A stretch of DNA of 59,385 nucleotides from Candidatus Saccharimonadota bacterium (GTDB lineage Bacteria; Patescibacteriota; Saccharimonadia; Saccharimonadales; Saccharimonadaceae): assembly GCA_013332955.2 (NCBI GenBank), contig JABCPS020000021.1:1-59385 (forward strand), written 5' to 3'. Made by a program: the position numbers and the translations under genes. Below, piece after piece: positions 19,385 through 29,599 of this stretch (positions are counted from its first letter, which is position 1; each line of letters starts with the position of its first letter). The notes beneath the pieces are model-generated. The model was not told the DNA's origin. It did not search any database and worked only from the letters and a program-made list of their open reading frames with translations.

Positions 19385-20150
19385 CAGCGTCGCCTCCACC
19401 TAGGGTAGACATCACGCGGATGATTTCGTCAAAGAATTCCTTGCGAGTCTTATTTTCACGGTGAATTTCATCGTAGATTTGACCATCTTTAATGAAGATA
19501 ATGCGGGATGCAAAGCTGGCTGAGAAAGCATCGTGAGTGACCATAAGGATGGTGGCCTGAAGTTCTTGATTCAGATAATCGAAACGTTCGAGGAGAAGTT
19601 TAGAAGACTTGGAGTCAAGTGCACCAGTAGGCTCATCGGCGAGAATTAATTTCGGATTAGTAATAATGGCGCGAGCGGAAGCTACGCGTTGCTTCTGACC
19701 ACCAGAAAGTTGATATGGGAACTTTTGTAAAATAGCTTCGATGTCAAGATTTTTAGCGACGGCTTTGACTTTTTCGTCAATTTCTGAGGCTTTGACATTC
19801 TGAATCGAAAGCGCCAACGCGATATTTTCGTAAGCAGTGAGATTATCCAGGAGATTAAAATCTTGGAAGATAAAACCGAGTGATTCACGACGGAAGCGGT
19901 TAAGTTTCTCGCCTTTGAGTTTCGTGATATCGGTACCGTCGACAAGAATTTGACCAGAGGTCGGGCGGTCAATCGTGGAAATCAGGTTTAATGTAGTACT
20001 CTTACCAGAGCCGGAGGCACCCATGATCGCGAGAAACTCGCCTTTCTTCACAGGGAAAGAAAGATTATCGACGGCCTTCGTGAGGCTATTTCCCTTGCCG
20101 AAAGTCTTAGTAACTTTTTCAACAGAGAGAATTTTATTTGTATTAGCCAT
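19374..20150 (-). CDS. ABC transporter ATP-binding protein, BceA/LolD-like
   Basis: [32 protein letters not shown] and VTHD motifs. Confidence 0.95.
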   Translation of the reverse strand: MANTNKILSVEKVTKTFGKGNSLTKAVDNLSFPVKKGEFLAIMGASGSGKSTTLNLISTIDRPTSGQILVDGTDITKLKGEKLNRFRRESLGFIFQDFNLLDNLTAYENIALALSIQNVKASEIDEKVKAVAKNLDIEAILQKFPYQLSGGQKQRVASARAIITNPKLILADEPTGALDSKSSKLLLERFDYLNQELQATILMVTHDAFSASFASRIIFIKDGQIYDEIHRENKTRKEFFDEIIRVMSTLGGGDADVI

Positions 20151-20220
20151 TTACCTCCTAACAAACAAATTAAATGTGACTTATTTTATTTTAGCATAAA
20201 AGTGATATTATCGAATTACG

Positions 20221-20799
20221 ATGAATGAATTTGATGAAATTACGGAAAAATTAAGACAGGATCCGAGAAACGCTTCCTATACCAAACGCGGCGTGGGGCC
20301 AATCTACCAACTGAGTGATCAGGCGGAAATATTAATCATCGGTCAGGCACCAGGTCGAAAAGTCGAAGAGAGTGGGGTGCCGTTCGCGGATAAATCAGGC
20401 GAAAAATTGCGCGGATGGATGGGGATGAGTGAAGAAGAGTTTTATTCGCAGAAGATTGCAATTTTACCGATGGATTTTTATTATCCAGGTAAAGGCAAGA
20501 CCGGCGACCTACCACCACGAAAATTTATCGCGGAAGAATACCATCCAGAAATCTTAAAATTGATGCCGAATATCAAGCTTACAATTTTGATTGGACAATA
20601 TGCGATGAAATACTATCTCGGGGCGGCAGAAAAAGCGAATTTGACCGAGACGGTACGCGCCTTCCAGGATTACCTACCAGAATATTTCCCAATCGTTCAC
20701 CCAAGCCCACTAAATTTCCGCTGGCAGGCGAAGAATCCTTGGTTCGAGAAAGAGGTAGTGCCAGTATTACGGGAGCGAGTAAGGAAGATTTTAAAATAG
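20221..20799 (+). CDS. Uracil-DNA glycosylase superfamily protein
   Basis: IIGQAPG, PMDFYYPG and HPSPLN motifs. Confidence 0.9.
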   Translation: MNEFDEITEKLRQDPRNASYTKRGVGPIYQLSDQAEILIIGQAPGRKVEESGVPFADKSGEKLRGWMGMSEEEFYSQKIAILPMDFYYPGKGKTGDLPPRKFIAEEYHPEILKLMPNIKLTILIGQYAMKYYLGAAEKANLTETVRAFQDYLPEYFPIVHPSPLNFRWQAKNPWFEKEVVPVLRERVRKILK

Positions 20800-20801
20800 A
20801 T

Positions 20802-22814
20802 TTAGTTATTCTCGGCGTCTTTGATTTTTTGGATCATGTCGCGAAGCTTGGCGGCCTGCTCGAATTCGAGATTGGCGGCGGCGAGTTGCATTTGCTCAGA
20901 AAGCTCCTTCATCAGAGACGGAAGCTCGGTTTTTGGTACTTTCTTGAGGTCTAGCTTATCTTCCTTGGCCTTTTCTGGAATAATCGCACGAAGACCCAAC
21001 GAGATTTCTTTCTTAATAGAGGTCGGAGTGATACCATGTTCACGATTATAGGCTTGCTGGATTTCACGGCGACGATTGGTTTCGGAAATTGCCCGCTCCA
21101 TACTTTCGGTAATATTATCGGCATACATAATGACGTGGCCTTCGACATGGCGCGCTGCACGACCAATGGTCTGAATAAGTGCGGACTCAGAACGCAAAAA
21201 GCCTTCCTTATCAGCATCAAGAATTGCCACAAGCGATACTTCTGGCAAATCCAAACCCTCACGCAGTAGATTAATACCGACCAAAACATCATAAACGCCG
21301 GATCGCAAATCACGCAAAATATCACCACGTTCCAAAGTGTCGATATCAGAGTGAATATAGGCAGTTTTAATCTTATGATCTTTCAGGTGGTCAGTCAAAT
21401 CTTCGGCCATGCGTTTGGTCAGAGTAGTAACAATGACGCGTTGATTTTTAGCGATACGAGCTTCAATCTCGCTCATCAAATCATCAATTTGACCTTCACT
21501 TGGTCGAACTTCGATTTCTGGATCAAGAAGTCCGGTCGGGCGAATCACTTGCTCGGCTGGCTTTGGAGAGACTTCTAGTTCATACTTGCCAGGAGTAGCA
21601 GAAACATAAACCGCACGGCGAATATGAGTTTCGAATTCGTCGAAGGTTAGAGGACGGTTATCGAGGGCGCTCGGCAAACGAAAGCCATATTCGACTAGGG
21701 TGGATTTTCTGGCGTGATCACCATTATACATACCGCGCACCTGTGGCAAGGTCATATGAGACTCGTCGACTAGCAATAGAAAATCATCTGGGAAGAAATC
21801 AAGTAAAGTCGCTGGTGGTTCCCCGGCCTTACGGCCGTCTAGGTGACGAGAATAGTTTTCGATTCCCTTTACGAAACCAGTTTCCTTCAACATTTCGAGA
21901 TCATATTTGGTGCGCTGAGAAATACGTTGCGCTTCCAGATATTTATGATTAGCCTCGAAATATTTTAGTCGTTCGTCAAATTCAGTTTGGATTAGGTCAA
22001 TGGCGCGATCGAGTTGATCTTTCGGAGTAGCATAGTGAGTGTTCGGGAAGATAAAAACTTGATCGGGTTTTTCACGGACTTCGGCGGTGAGTGGATCGAT
22101 AATTTTGACTTCCTCAAGCTCATCGAAAGCAAATTCGAGGCGATAGGCAATTTCACCCGAAGCTGGGAAGAGATCAATCGTGTCACCCTTAACCCGGAAA
22201 TTTCCACGTTCAAAAGCCAGGTCATTTCGGTGATACTGCATAGCGATAAGATAAATCATCAGGTTAGTCTGATTAAGCTTAGCGACCGGGAGAGTATTTT
22301 TTGAAACTACCTGCCAAGTGTGTCCGGTTTTCTCGAGATGTAGTGACATTTCGGTGTAATGATCGGGCGAACCGATACCGTAAATACAAGAGACTGAAGC
22401 CACGATGATAGTGTCTGGGCGCGTAAGCAATGAAACCGTGGCGGCATGACGCAGACGGTCGATTTCATCGTTAATAGCGGAATCTTTTTCGATATAAGTA
22501 TCGGTGCTAGCGATATAGGCTTCCGGCTGGTAGTAGTCGAAGTAAGAAACAAAATAATGCACCTCGTTCTCGGGGAAAAATTCACGAAACTCAGAATAGA
22601 GCTGAGCGGCGAGAGTTTTGTTATGAGCAAGAATCAGAGTCGGCTTCTGAACATTAGCAATAAGGTTCGCCATAGTAAAAGTCTTACCAGACCCCGTGAC
22701 GCCGAGCAAAGTTTGCTCACGAATCCCCATTTTGAGACCACGCGTGAGCTGAGCAATCGCCGCCGGCTGGTCACCGGTGGGTTGGAATTTACTGTGAAGA
22801 CGAAACTCTGGCAT
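20802..22814 (-). CDS. uvrB: Excinuclease ABC subunit B
   Basis: [28 protein letters not shown] and QTIGRAAR motifs; C-terminal UVR domain. Confidence 0.99.
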   Translation of the reverse strand: MPEFRLHSKFQPTGDQPAAIAQLTRGLKMGIREQTLLGVTGSGKTFTMANLIANVQKPTLILAHNKTLAAQLYSEFREFFPENEVHYFVSYFDYYQPEAYIASTDTYIEKDSAINDEIDRLRHAATVSLLTRPDTIIVASVSCIYGIGSPDHYTEMSLHLEKTGHTWQVVSKNTLPVAKLNQTNLMIYLIAMQYHRNDLAFERGNFRVKGDTIDLFPASGEIAYRLEFAFDELEEVKIIDPLTAEVREKPDQVFIFPNTHYATPKDQLDRAIDLIQTEFDERLKYFEANHKYLEAQRISQRTKYDLEMLKETGFVKGIENYSRHLDGRKAGEPPATLLDFFPDDFLLLVDESHMTLPQVRGMYNGDHARKSTLVEYGFRLPSALDNRPLTFDEFETHIRRAVYVSATPGKYELEVSPKPAEQVIRPTGLLDPEIEVRPSEGQIDDLMSEIEARIAKNQRVIVTTLTKRMAEDLTDHLKDHKIKTAYIHSDIDTLERGDILRDLRSGVYDVLVGINLLREGLDLPEVSLVAILDADKEGFLRSESALIQTIGRAARHVEGHVIMYADNITESMERAISETNRRREIQQAYNREHGITPTSIKKEISLGLRAIIPEKAKEDKLDLKKVPKTELPSLMKELSEQMQLAAANLEFEQAAKLRDMIQKIKDAENN

Positions 22815-22878
22815 ACCTATATATTATACAATTTTTAGGCTGAAGATGCAAAAAATTTCCTGAGTTAACGTCTCAATT

Positions 22879-23202
22879 CTATGATTTAATTTCAAAAATA
22901 GAATACATTCCAAATAAATATTTAGAAATCTCATCCTCCGCATCACTTGCGAGTTCCAAGGTTTCAATTCTTCTTGGAATAGCCTCCAAATTATCAAAAC
23001 CTTCTTCACGATAATACTCGACTTCGTCCTCGACGCCATGATGAGAGTAGGTGTTCATTAGCAGGTATTTTTTATTAGTTGATTCATTCTTAATAACCCA
23101 GAAAAATTCACTCTCCCCAAAAGAACCTTCTTGTGCTACTGAATATCGACCTTCTGGCAATTGATATTTTGAGATAATCTCACTTAATTCGTTTTCAGTC
23201 AT
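22879..23202 (-). CDS. Hypothetical small acidic protein
   Basis: 107 aa AT-rich ORF downstream of the GrpB-family gene. Confidence 0.75.
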   Translation of the reverse strand: MTENELSEIISKYQLPEGRYSVAQEGSFGESEFFWVIKNESTNKKYLLMNTYSHHGVEDEVEYYREEGFDNLEAIPRRIETLELASDAEDEISKYLFGMYSIFEIKS

Positions 23203-23221
23203 TTCTCACATCTAGATCTCC

Positions 23222-23722
23222 TTAAAGATTTTTTATTTCAGATAATAATTTGGTTAAATATTGTGATTTTAATGTTTTATATTTTTGACGGTCAAAACCA
23301 GCTTTATTTGCAAACTCGATTTTCTTATTATAATATTCTTTGCTCTTTTCTGGGTTTGATATTAAAAAATCGCGAAGAAGAATGAAATCTTTATAAGAAT
23401 TGCTAGTCGTTGGACAGATATGAATATGAAAATCACCATACCCGGTTTCATTTTCATTACTTGCGAGAAAAATCCTGTCATCGTGAGAATCATGGCCTTC
23501 AAAATATCCGTTTGCCTTTAAAATATCCCGAACCCTAAGCATCTCATCTCTGCCACTAACACCAATTAAGATGTCTATAATATTCTTGCCACCAATACCA
23601 ACAGCACTACTTCCTACATGCTCAATAATGATGGTATCTGAAAGAAAAGATAATAAGCGTTGTTTTTCCGATTTAAATCTTTTAAGCAATGTGTCTTTAT
23701 ATTCGCTTATCACAACTGACAT
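23222..23722 (-). CDS. GrpB family (UPF0157, nucleotidyltransferase-fold) protein
   Basis: IEHVGSSAV..KNIIDILIGV..HIHI..LRDFL..Y..K pattern. Confidence 0.88.
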   Translation of the reverse strand: MSVVISEYKDTLLKRFKSEKQRLLSFLSDTIIIEHVGSSAVGIGGKNIIDILIGVSGRDEMLRVRDILKANGYFEGHDSHDDRIFLASNENETGYGDFHIHICPTTSNSYKDFILLRDFLISNPEKSKEYYNKKIEFANKAGFDRQKYKTLKSQYLTKLLSEIKNL

Positions 23723-23819
23723 GTAAATATTTTATCATGAACCACAGATACTATTAAGCATTAAGACGCTTACAATAAAAAACCGCCCTGACGGCAGTTT
23801 TTTCTGTAAACAACTTGAT

Positions 23820-23904
23820 TGGTGCCCGAGACTGGACTTGAACCAGCACGCCGTGAGGCATATGCTCCTAAGGCATACGTGTATACCAATTTCACCACTC
23901 GGGC
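23820..23904 (-). tRNA. tRNA-Leu (anticodon TAG)
   Basis: GCCCGAG..TGGTGAAATTGGTATACAC..TATGC-CTTAGGA-GCATA, long variable arm, GGTTCAAGTCC..CTCGGGC-A-CCA. Confidence 0.97.
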
Positions 23905-23923
23905 ATGCTGATATTATATAAAA

Positions 23924-24652
23924 TTATTGGAGATTATTCAAGTCGCTGGATTGAACCTGATTTTCTGAAATAGAAGGATTTTGAGGTTCGATTGGGGTTC
24001 CCTGAGTAGATTGAACTGGGGCTTCGGGAGCTGATGGAGGTAAATTCTCGGCGACTGGTTGAGTTGGGATTTCCGAGGCTGGCTGAATCGGAGTTTCGAC
24101 AACTGGTTGAACAGGAGCTTCAGGAATGGATTGAGTTGGAGATTCTGAGACTGGCTGAGCTGGAGCCCCGGTAGGTGCTTGTGTATTATTCAGAGCGAAA
24201 GCCCCTTGGAATGGGATATTTTTGCCACGGACGTATTGATATTCGTATTTTTGATCGGTAGCTAGCATTAGCATGATGATTGGCGAGAAGAAAATCGTTA
24301 AATATGGAAAGGCTGGCTGCTTTTCACCAAAAGCAGTAGGCAGCTTGTAGCAGAAAATAAAGTACGGAATCAAACCGAGTACCGGAATAAGAATCGAGAT
24401 AGCGAACAGCTTATTTAATTCCACTGCATCATAAAGCTTCATGAGGCCAAGCACCGGGATGGCACCCTGCCACATCTTTTTCTCGCCATAAATTTTCTTC
24501 ATCAGAAGAACTTTGCCGGCGATATAAAGGCCGAGAATAATTAATAATAGTAGCAAAGTAATAACATTCGAAGCCAAAACCTCACCGAAGGTTGGCATTT
24601 TGGTCATATAATTATTACTAAAGAAATAATCGTAAATCTTTTGAAAGTTCAT
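23924..24652 (-). CDS. Membrane protein (DUF5684-like) with Pro/Gln-rich tail
   Basis: Several TM helices, WQGAIPV and FGE motifs, low-complexity PVQP/PTQP C-terminus. Confidence 0.75.
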   Translation of the reverse strand: MNFQKIYDYFFSNNYMTKMPTFGEVLASNVITLLLLLIILGLYIAGKVLLMKKIYGEKKMWQGAIPVLGLMKLYDAVELNKLFAISILIPVLGLIPYFIFCYKLPTAFGEKQPAFPYLTIFFSPIIMLMLATDQKYEYQYVRGKNIPFQGAFALNNTQAPTGAPAQPVSESPTQSIPEAPVQPVVETPIQPASEIPTQPVAENLPPSAPEAPVQSTQGTPIEPQNPSISENQVQSSDLNNLQ

Positions 24653-24681
24653 AAGCTAATTTTAGCATAAACACGATAAAA

Positions 24682-25275
24682 TTACACTTTAAAAATCGTG
24701 ATGCGGGAGCCGGCGTAAGCCTTGGTGGAGACAATTTCAGCATCGAGTTGATGGGGGTCGAAAGTGGCCGGGTGAGATAAAACTAAAAATTCTTTCGCAA
24801 GCTTCGGGAGCGTAGCAAGATAGTCAGCCAGTTTCGGGGTGATTTTATCATAAGGTGGATCGGCGAAAACAATATCGAAACGATTATCAAAAGTCAGAGT
24901 TTCTGCCTTTTTAGCAAAAATTCGTACCTGGTCCGAAACACCGAGGTTTTCGGCATTTTGACGAATCAATTTCGCAACTTCACGATGATTTTCAATAAAC
25001 GAAACATGCTTGGCGCCGCGAGATAGGGCCTCAAAACCCAGTGCACCAGTACCGGCAAAGACATCGAGTACCACTTTGCCATCGAGATGAGACGACAAAG
25101 AATTCATAATCGCTAGGCGTTCGCGCGAACCCATAGGGTGCGTGACGGCGAGCTTGGGGGTGAGAATTTTTTGCCCACGAAGCGCACCGGAAGTAATCCG
25201 AAGGTCCGTAACTTTGCCAGCGCCAGAGGTGATCCGGAGATCCGTAACTTTACCAGATTTTGCCATAAACTTCAT
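24682..25275 (-). CDS. rsmD: 16S rRNA m2G966 methyltransferase, RsmD family
   Basis: LRITSGALRG, VLDVFAGTGALGFEALSRGA and FADPPY motifs. Confidence 0.93.
   Translation of the reverse strand: MKFMAKSGKVTDLRITSGAGKVTDLRITSGALRGQKILTPKLAVTHPMGSRERLAIMNSLSSHLDGKVVLDVFAGTGALGFEALSRGAKHVSFIENHREVAKLIRQNAENLGVSDQVRIFAKKAETLTFDNRFDIVFADPPYDKITPKLADYLATLPKLAKEFLVLSHPATFDPHQLDAEIVSTKAYAGSRITIFKV
25183..25254 (-). repeat. Tandem 36-bp duplication in the rsmD 5' end
   Basis: GKVTDLRITSGA encoded twice with 8 third-position differences. Confidence 0.95.
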
Positions 25276-25279
25276 AGTT

Positions 25280-26098
25280 TTATTTTAGCAGTTTTTTATT
25301 AAAATATGGAATCGAAGAAGCCCAGCCGAGAGTAATAGCACGGACGATTTCCGGAAGAAGCACATTCTTGGTTTGAAAAACTAACTCGGTGTTCCATCCT
25401 TGATTTAAGAAATTTTCATACATTTTGAGGGCATGAACTTTAGCGAGAGACTCATGAAAGGCTTTTTCAAGGTCGATATCTATGAGTTCCGCTTTCTTGA
25501 TTTTCGGCATTACCGCACGCTCCGGCAGAGCGGTAAGGGTAATCGCCACGCCATATTCGAAAGCCACATGCTTGGTCATAAAACCATTAGCGCCCCAATA
25601 GAGCCAGTTATTACGCAGGGTCTCAAGCGAATTGCGTCCGCGCATGATGCCCTTAATCGGAATGCCAAAAACTTTAACAAATTCATCTTTGGTCATCAGT
25701 TGTTTTTGGGTACTTTCCAGAGGAAAATGGTGGGCGGGCGTCAGACCATCAGTAATAGCATGAGCCATCCAACCAGCCTCGAAACTGGCACGTACCTTAT
25801 TTCCATCTTCGAGGGCTTTTCTTAGATTATATTGGTGATCCAAAATCAAAGTCATGAGTTTACCATTATCATGATCTGGGTCAATGAAGTGCATCGGCTC
25901 GTCGACGCCAGGACTTTTACGCTTCAGGCCGTCCGGTCCGCCCATGCCTTCAAAATTTAAGATTTCTGAAATGTTTGGGAAAAAATAATTGTGTGGCAGG
26001 TTTTTATCAATAATTTTGCGGGCAATTCGGTCGAGTTTCTGGTGCGTGCCAACAATTTTCCCATTCGATTTATCACTAATTGCTAGGGTTGAATACAT
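25280..26098 (-). CDS. Conserved hypothetical protein, possibly Zn-dependent phospholipase C / P1 nuclease-like fold
   Basis: Spaced putative metal ligands TH, GPD, HFIDP, AHAITDGLTPAHH and HVAFE. Confidence 0.7.
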   Translation of the reverse strand: MYSTLAISDKSNGKIVGTHQKLDRIARKIIDKNLPHNYFFPNISEILNFEGMGGPDGLKRKSPGVDEPMHFIDPDHDNGKLMTLILDHQYNLRKALEDGNKVRASFEAGWMAHAITDGLTPAHHFPLESTQKQLMTKDEFVKVFGIPIKGIMRGRNSLETLRNNWLYWGANGFMTKHVAFEYGVAITLTALPERAVMPKIKKAELIDIDLEKAFHESLAKVHALKMYENFLNQGWNTELVFQTKNVLLPEIVRAITLGWASSIPYFNKKLLK

Positions 26099-26105
26099 AT
26101 TTTCC

Positions 26106-28175
26106 TTAATTAAGAGTCGTCAGTTGCTGATATTTTTTAATATCTTGGCTTAACTCTGTATATTTTAGCATAGAATCGGGCGAGCTTAAGAACTTTTCGA
26201 CGTGAGTGCGCGCCAATTCAATCATTTTAGTATCGGTGAGGCTGGCAATTTTTAAATTCAATTCCCCGTGCTGCATCGCCCCATAAATTTCCCCAGGACC
26301 ACGAAGCTTCAGGTCGACTTCAGCGAGATAAAAACCGTCGGTGGATTTTTCCATTTCAAGTAGACGACGGCTTGGCGGATTTTCGCCGGTAGTAACCAGA
26401 AAACATTGACTCGGCTTGTCACCACTACCGACACGACCACGCAACTGATGAAGCTGAGCTAAGCCATAACGATCGGCATTGAGAATCACAATTTGTGTGG
26501 CATTCGGCACATCCACACCGACCTCCACCACAGTAGTAGAGACCAAAATTTGAGTTTTCTTATCCTTAAAATCCTGCATCACCTGGTCTTTTTCGGCGGA
26601 CTTTAATTTGCCGTGTAGGATACCGATTTGATATTTACTAAATTGTTTTTTCAGGAGCTTGGCAGTTTCGATAACCGTGCGTGATTTATCTTCATCAGAA
26701 ATCGATTCATCAATCAGACGACAAATCACATAGACTTGCTCACCGGCGGCGAGATATTCAGCTAGCTCTGGATAAATTACGTCCTTGAGATTTAATTCAT
26801 TATAGAGACGAGTTTTGATTGGGGTGCGGCCCTTCGGCATTTGATTAATAATCGAAATATCGAGGTCACCAAAAATTGTAAGCTGCAGAGAACGTGGAAT
26901 CGGCGTGGCGGTCATAGCCAGAAAATGCGGCGAAATTTGCTGAAAATCCGGATTTTGATTCTGAAAGGATTTTTCCAAAAGATGTTGACGCTGCAAGACA
27001 CCAAAACGATGTTGTTCATCGATGATACAAAGACCGAGACTGGAAAAAGTGGTATCGTCGGTCAGAATAGCGTGAGTGCCAATCACGAGATCAATTTCGC
27101 CAGACTTGATCGCGGCTTTGACACTAGCTTTATCTTTGGTAGTGCTAATTAGTAGTGCGGTTTTTACGCCGAGCGGAGTAAGAATCTTCGAAATCCCCTC
27201 AAAATGCTGGGTAGCGAGAATCGCAGTTGGCGCGAGTATGGCCACCTGTGCGCCGTTTTTAATCGCCTGATAAGCAGCAATAGCGGAAACAATAGTTTTA
27301 CCTGAACCGACATCACCCTGGAGCAGGCGATTCATCGGATGAGTTTTTTCAAGGTCCTGGAGAATCTGCCAAGTCACACGCTTTTGGGCGTCGGTTAACT
27401 CAAAAGGCAGGGTTTTAAGTAAAGCTTTAATGTCATCAAGATTAAATTTGAGCGATTTGGCATTTAACTTCGAGACTTCGTTTTGGTTAAGCTTGGAAGC
27501 CAAAATTAATTCAAACAATTCCTCATAACCGAGATAAGTGCGGGCTTTTTCGACTTCTTGCTCGGACTCGGGAAAATGCATATTAAAAAGAGCTTGGTTA
27601 CGTGAGAGCTTAGTGAGAGTTTTTGGAATAGCTTGCGAAGGTAAAAGTTCGGGAATTTGGTAAAAAAACGGACGAAGTTTAGCAAAAATTCGACGATACC
27701 AGGCGGAGTTGTAACGACCACTACCAGAATAAATCGGTTGAAAGCCGCCATCCTGGCGCGATTCTTCGACTTCCGAGGCTAAAATCGCAGTAGGCGCTGT
27801 GAGTTGATAGCGATTATATTTAAAATCATACTCACCCGTAAAATAATACTCGGTGTCTTCCTTAAAATTCTTGATGCGGTAGGCTTGATTATACCAAACC
27901 ACCCGCAGCGCCCCAGTTTCATCAAAAATCTCACCTTGAGTAATAGTGAAATTACGACGGCGCGTATGAATATTGCGTAAACCCCGTATTTTTCCTCTCA
28001 CCACGACCTTGCCGGGACGAATCTCGGAGATTTTAGTGTAGGCGGCATAGTCTTCATACTTGCGCGGGAAATAATAGAGTAAATCCTTAAAAGTTTGGAA
28101 ACCACGAGCGGCGAGCGCCTCGGCGGTTTTAGGGCCGACGCCTTTAATTTCACTAAGACGTGAATTTAGCTGCAT
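26106..28175 (-). CDS. recG: ATP-dependent DNA helicase RecG
   Basis: RLLQGDVGSGKT, DEQHRFG, MTATPIPRSL, QLHQLRGRVG and DLKLRGPGE motifs. Confidence 0.98.
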   Translation of the reverse strand: MQLNSRLSEIKGVGPKTAEALAARGFQTFKDLLYYFPRKYEDYAAYTKISEIRPGKVVVRGKIRGLRNIHTRRRNFTITQGEIFDETGALRVVWYNQAYRIKNFKEDTEYYFTGEYDFKYNRYQLTAPTAILASEVEESRQDGGFQPIYSGSGRYNSAWYRRIFAKLRPFFYQIPELLPSQAIPKTLTKLSRNQALFNMHFPESEQEVEKARTYLGYEELFELILASKLNQNEVSKLNAKSLKFNLDDIKALLKTLPFELTDAQKRVTWQILQDLEKTHPMNRLLQGDVGSGKTIVSAIAAYQAIKNGAQVAILAPTAILATQHFEGISKILTPLGVKTALLISTTKDKASVKAAIKSGEIDLVIGTHAILTDDTTFSSLGLCIIDEQHRFGVLQRQHLLEKSFQNQNPDFQQISPHFLAMTATPIPRSLQLTIFGDLDISIINQMPKGRTPIKTRLYNELNLKDVIYPELAEYLAAGEQVYVICRLIDESISDEDKSRTVIETAKLLKKQFSKYQIGILHGKLKSAEKDQVMQDFKDKKTQILVSTTVVEVGVDVPNATQIVILNADRYGLAQLHQLRGRVGSGDKPSQCFLVTTGENPPSRRLLEMEKSTDGFYLAEVDLKLRGPGEIYGAMQHGELNLKIASLTDTKMIELARTHVEKFLSSPDSMLKYTELSQDIKKYQQLTTLN

Positions 28176-28861
28176 TAAAGATTGCCCTGGTCGACTGGGC
28201 GACTATGAGCTTTGCGCCATTCAGCAATTTTGGCATGGTGACCAGAGAGCAAGACTTCCGGCACTTGCATACCGCGAAAATCGGCTGGCTTAGTGTATTG
28301 CGGATATTCGATGGTATTTTCTTCAGAAAAACTCTCAATAATGGCAGAATTTTCACCGCCAAGCACCCCTGGAAGTAATCGCACGATACTATCAATCACG
28401 ATTAGCGCCGGCAACTCACCACCGGTCAAGACGAAATGACCAAGGGAAATTTTATAGTCGACAATAGTCAAGATACGCTCATCGTAACCTTCATAATGTG
28501 GACAAAGAATGATATAATGATTTTCTTCACCAGTATTGATGCGCTCGACAAAATTGCGCACAATTCCCTGATGCCAGGTTTGTCCGGCTGGAGTTGGCAG
28601 AATCACTTTGGCATTTGGACTATGTTTCTTCACGCTTTCAATGGCATTAAAAACCGGCTCACACATTAAGAGCATTCCGTCACCACCACCGTAAGGGGTA
28701 TCATCGACAGATTTATGTGCACCAAGGCCAAATTCACGCAGCTCCACAAAATCAAATTCCGCGATCCCCTTTTCCTTAGCTTTCCACATCATGGAAGAAT
28801 TCAAATACGGACCAAGCGCATCGGAAAATAACGAAATAATGGTAAATTTAACCTTAGACAT
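28175..28861 (-). CDS. trmD: tRNA (guanine37-N1)-methyltransferase
   Basis: VDDTPYGGGDGM, HYEGYDERI, FVLTGGELPAL and EYPQYTKP motifs; start placed at ATG 28861. Confidence 0.98.
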   Translation of the reverse strand: MSKVKFTIISLFSDALGPYLNSSMMWKAKEKGIAEFDFVELREFGLGAHKSVDDTPYGGGDGMLLMCEPVFNAIESVKKHSPNAKVILPTPAGQTWHQGIVRNFVERINTGEENHYIILCPHYEGYDERILTIVDYKISLGHFVLTGGELPALIVIDSIVRLLPGVLGGENSAIIESFSEENTIEYPQYTKPADFRGMQVPEVLLSGHHAKIAEWRKAHSRPVDQGNL

Positions 28862-28962
28862 AAATCCATTATAACACATTTACAAATATCAGTTTTCATG
28901 GCATAATATTAGTGTTGGGGCCGAAGATTCGGCTAGTTCTTTCACAGAAAGGTTGGTGTAAA

Positions 28963-29568
28963 ATGTCAAATGCAAATCAACGTATTAAAGAGTTACAAGA
29001 GAAGCTAAAACTTCAATTGGAGACTTTGGCGCCGCGGCAAACGGAATTAGAAGCTTTATCAAAAACCGCCTACCAAAACTTAGCAAACGCTGAGGAAGCG
29101 GAGCGAACCTGTTTTTCCGCCCTGTTGGAGCTAAAGAAGAAAAATCGAGATTTTCTGCAAGAAAAAGTGTTGGAGCAGCTGGATTATCAGCTACGTTCTG
29201 ATCAGATCGAGGATGAAATCTTAAGATTAACTCGTAGATTAAAATTTATCGATTCTACGACAGACTATCAAAATAAGCACGATTTCAGTCGAACGAATCC
29301 CATAAAATCTGAGCGAGATTCGGTAGAGAAAAAGCTTGAAGCATTAAAGGCTGAGAAAATTGATCTGGATGCTGGGCATCAGAAAATGATGTCAAAATCG
29401 CAGATTTCTCCGGAGTGTGATTTGTCAAAAAAGTATATTGATTTAATTGATATCACAAATGAAGCCACACAGAAATTCCAAGAATTGCACAATGAAACCG
29501 AAGCGGTAAAAACGACATATGATGCGTTAAATACCGCTTATTGTAACCTGAATAAGTATTTGGACTAG
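28963..29568 (+). CDS. Hypothetical coiled-coil protein
   Basis: E/K/L/Q-rich heptad pattern; AGAAAGGT SD-like sequence before ATG 28963. Confidence 0.75.
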   Translation: MSNANQRIKELQEKLKLQLETLAPRQTELEALSKTAYQNLANAEEAERTCFSALLELKKKNRDFLQEKVLEQLDYQLRSDQIEDEILRLTRRLKFIDSTTDYQNKHDFSRTNPIKSERDSVEKKLEALKAEKIDLDAGHQKMMSKSQISPECDLSKKYIDLIDITNEATQKFQELHNETEAVKTTYDALNTAYCNLNKYLD

Positions 29569-29599
29569 TTTTTGTTTTGTTTTTAGAAAGGTGGGTATT

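Noticed and set aside
22864..22880. AGAATTGAGACGTTA (RIETL) after the 22879 gene echoing an internal RIETL
   Set aside because: Only 12 of 15 bases match in AT-rich DNA, which is too short to distinguish from chance.
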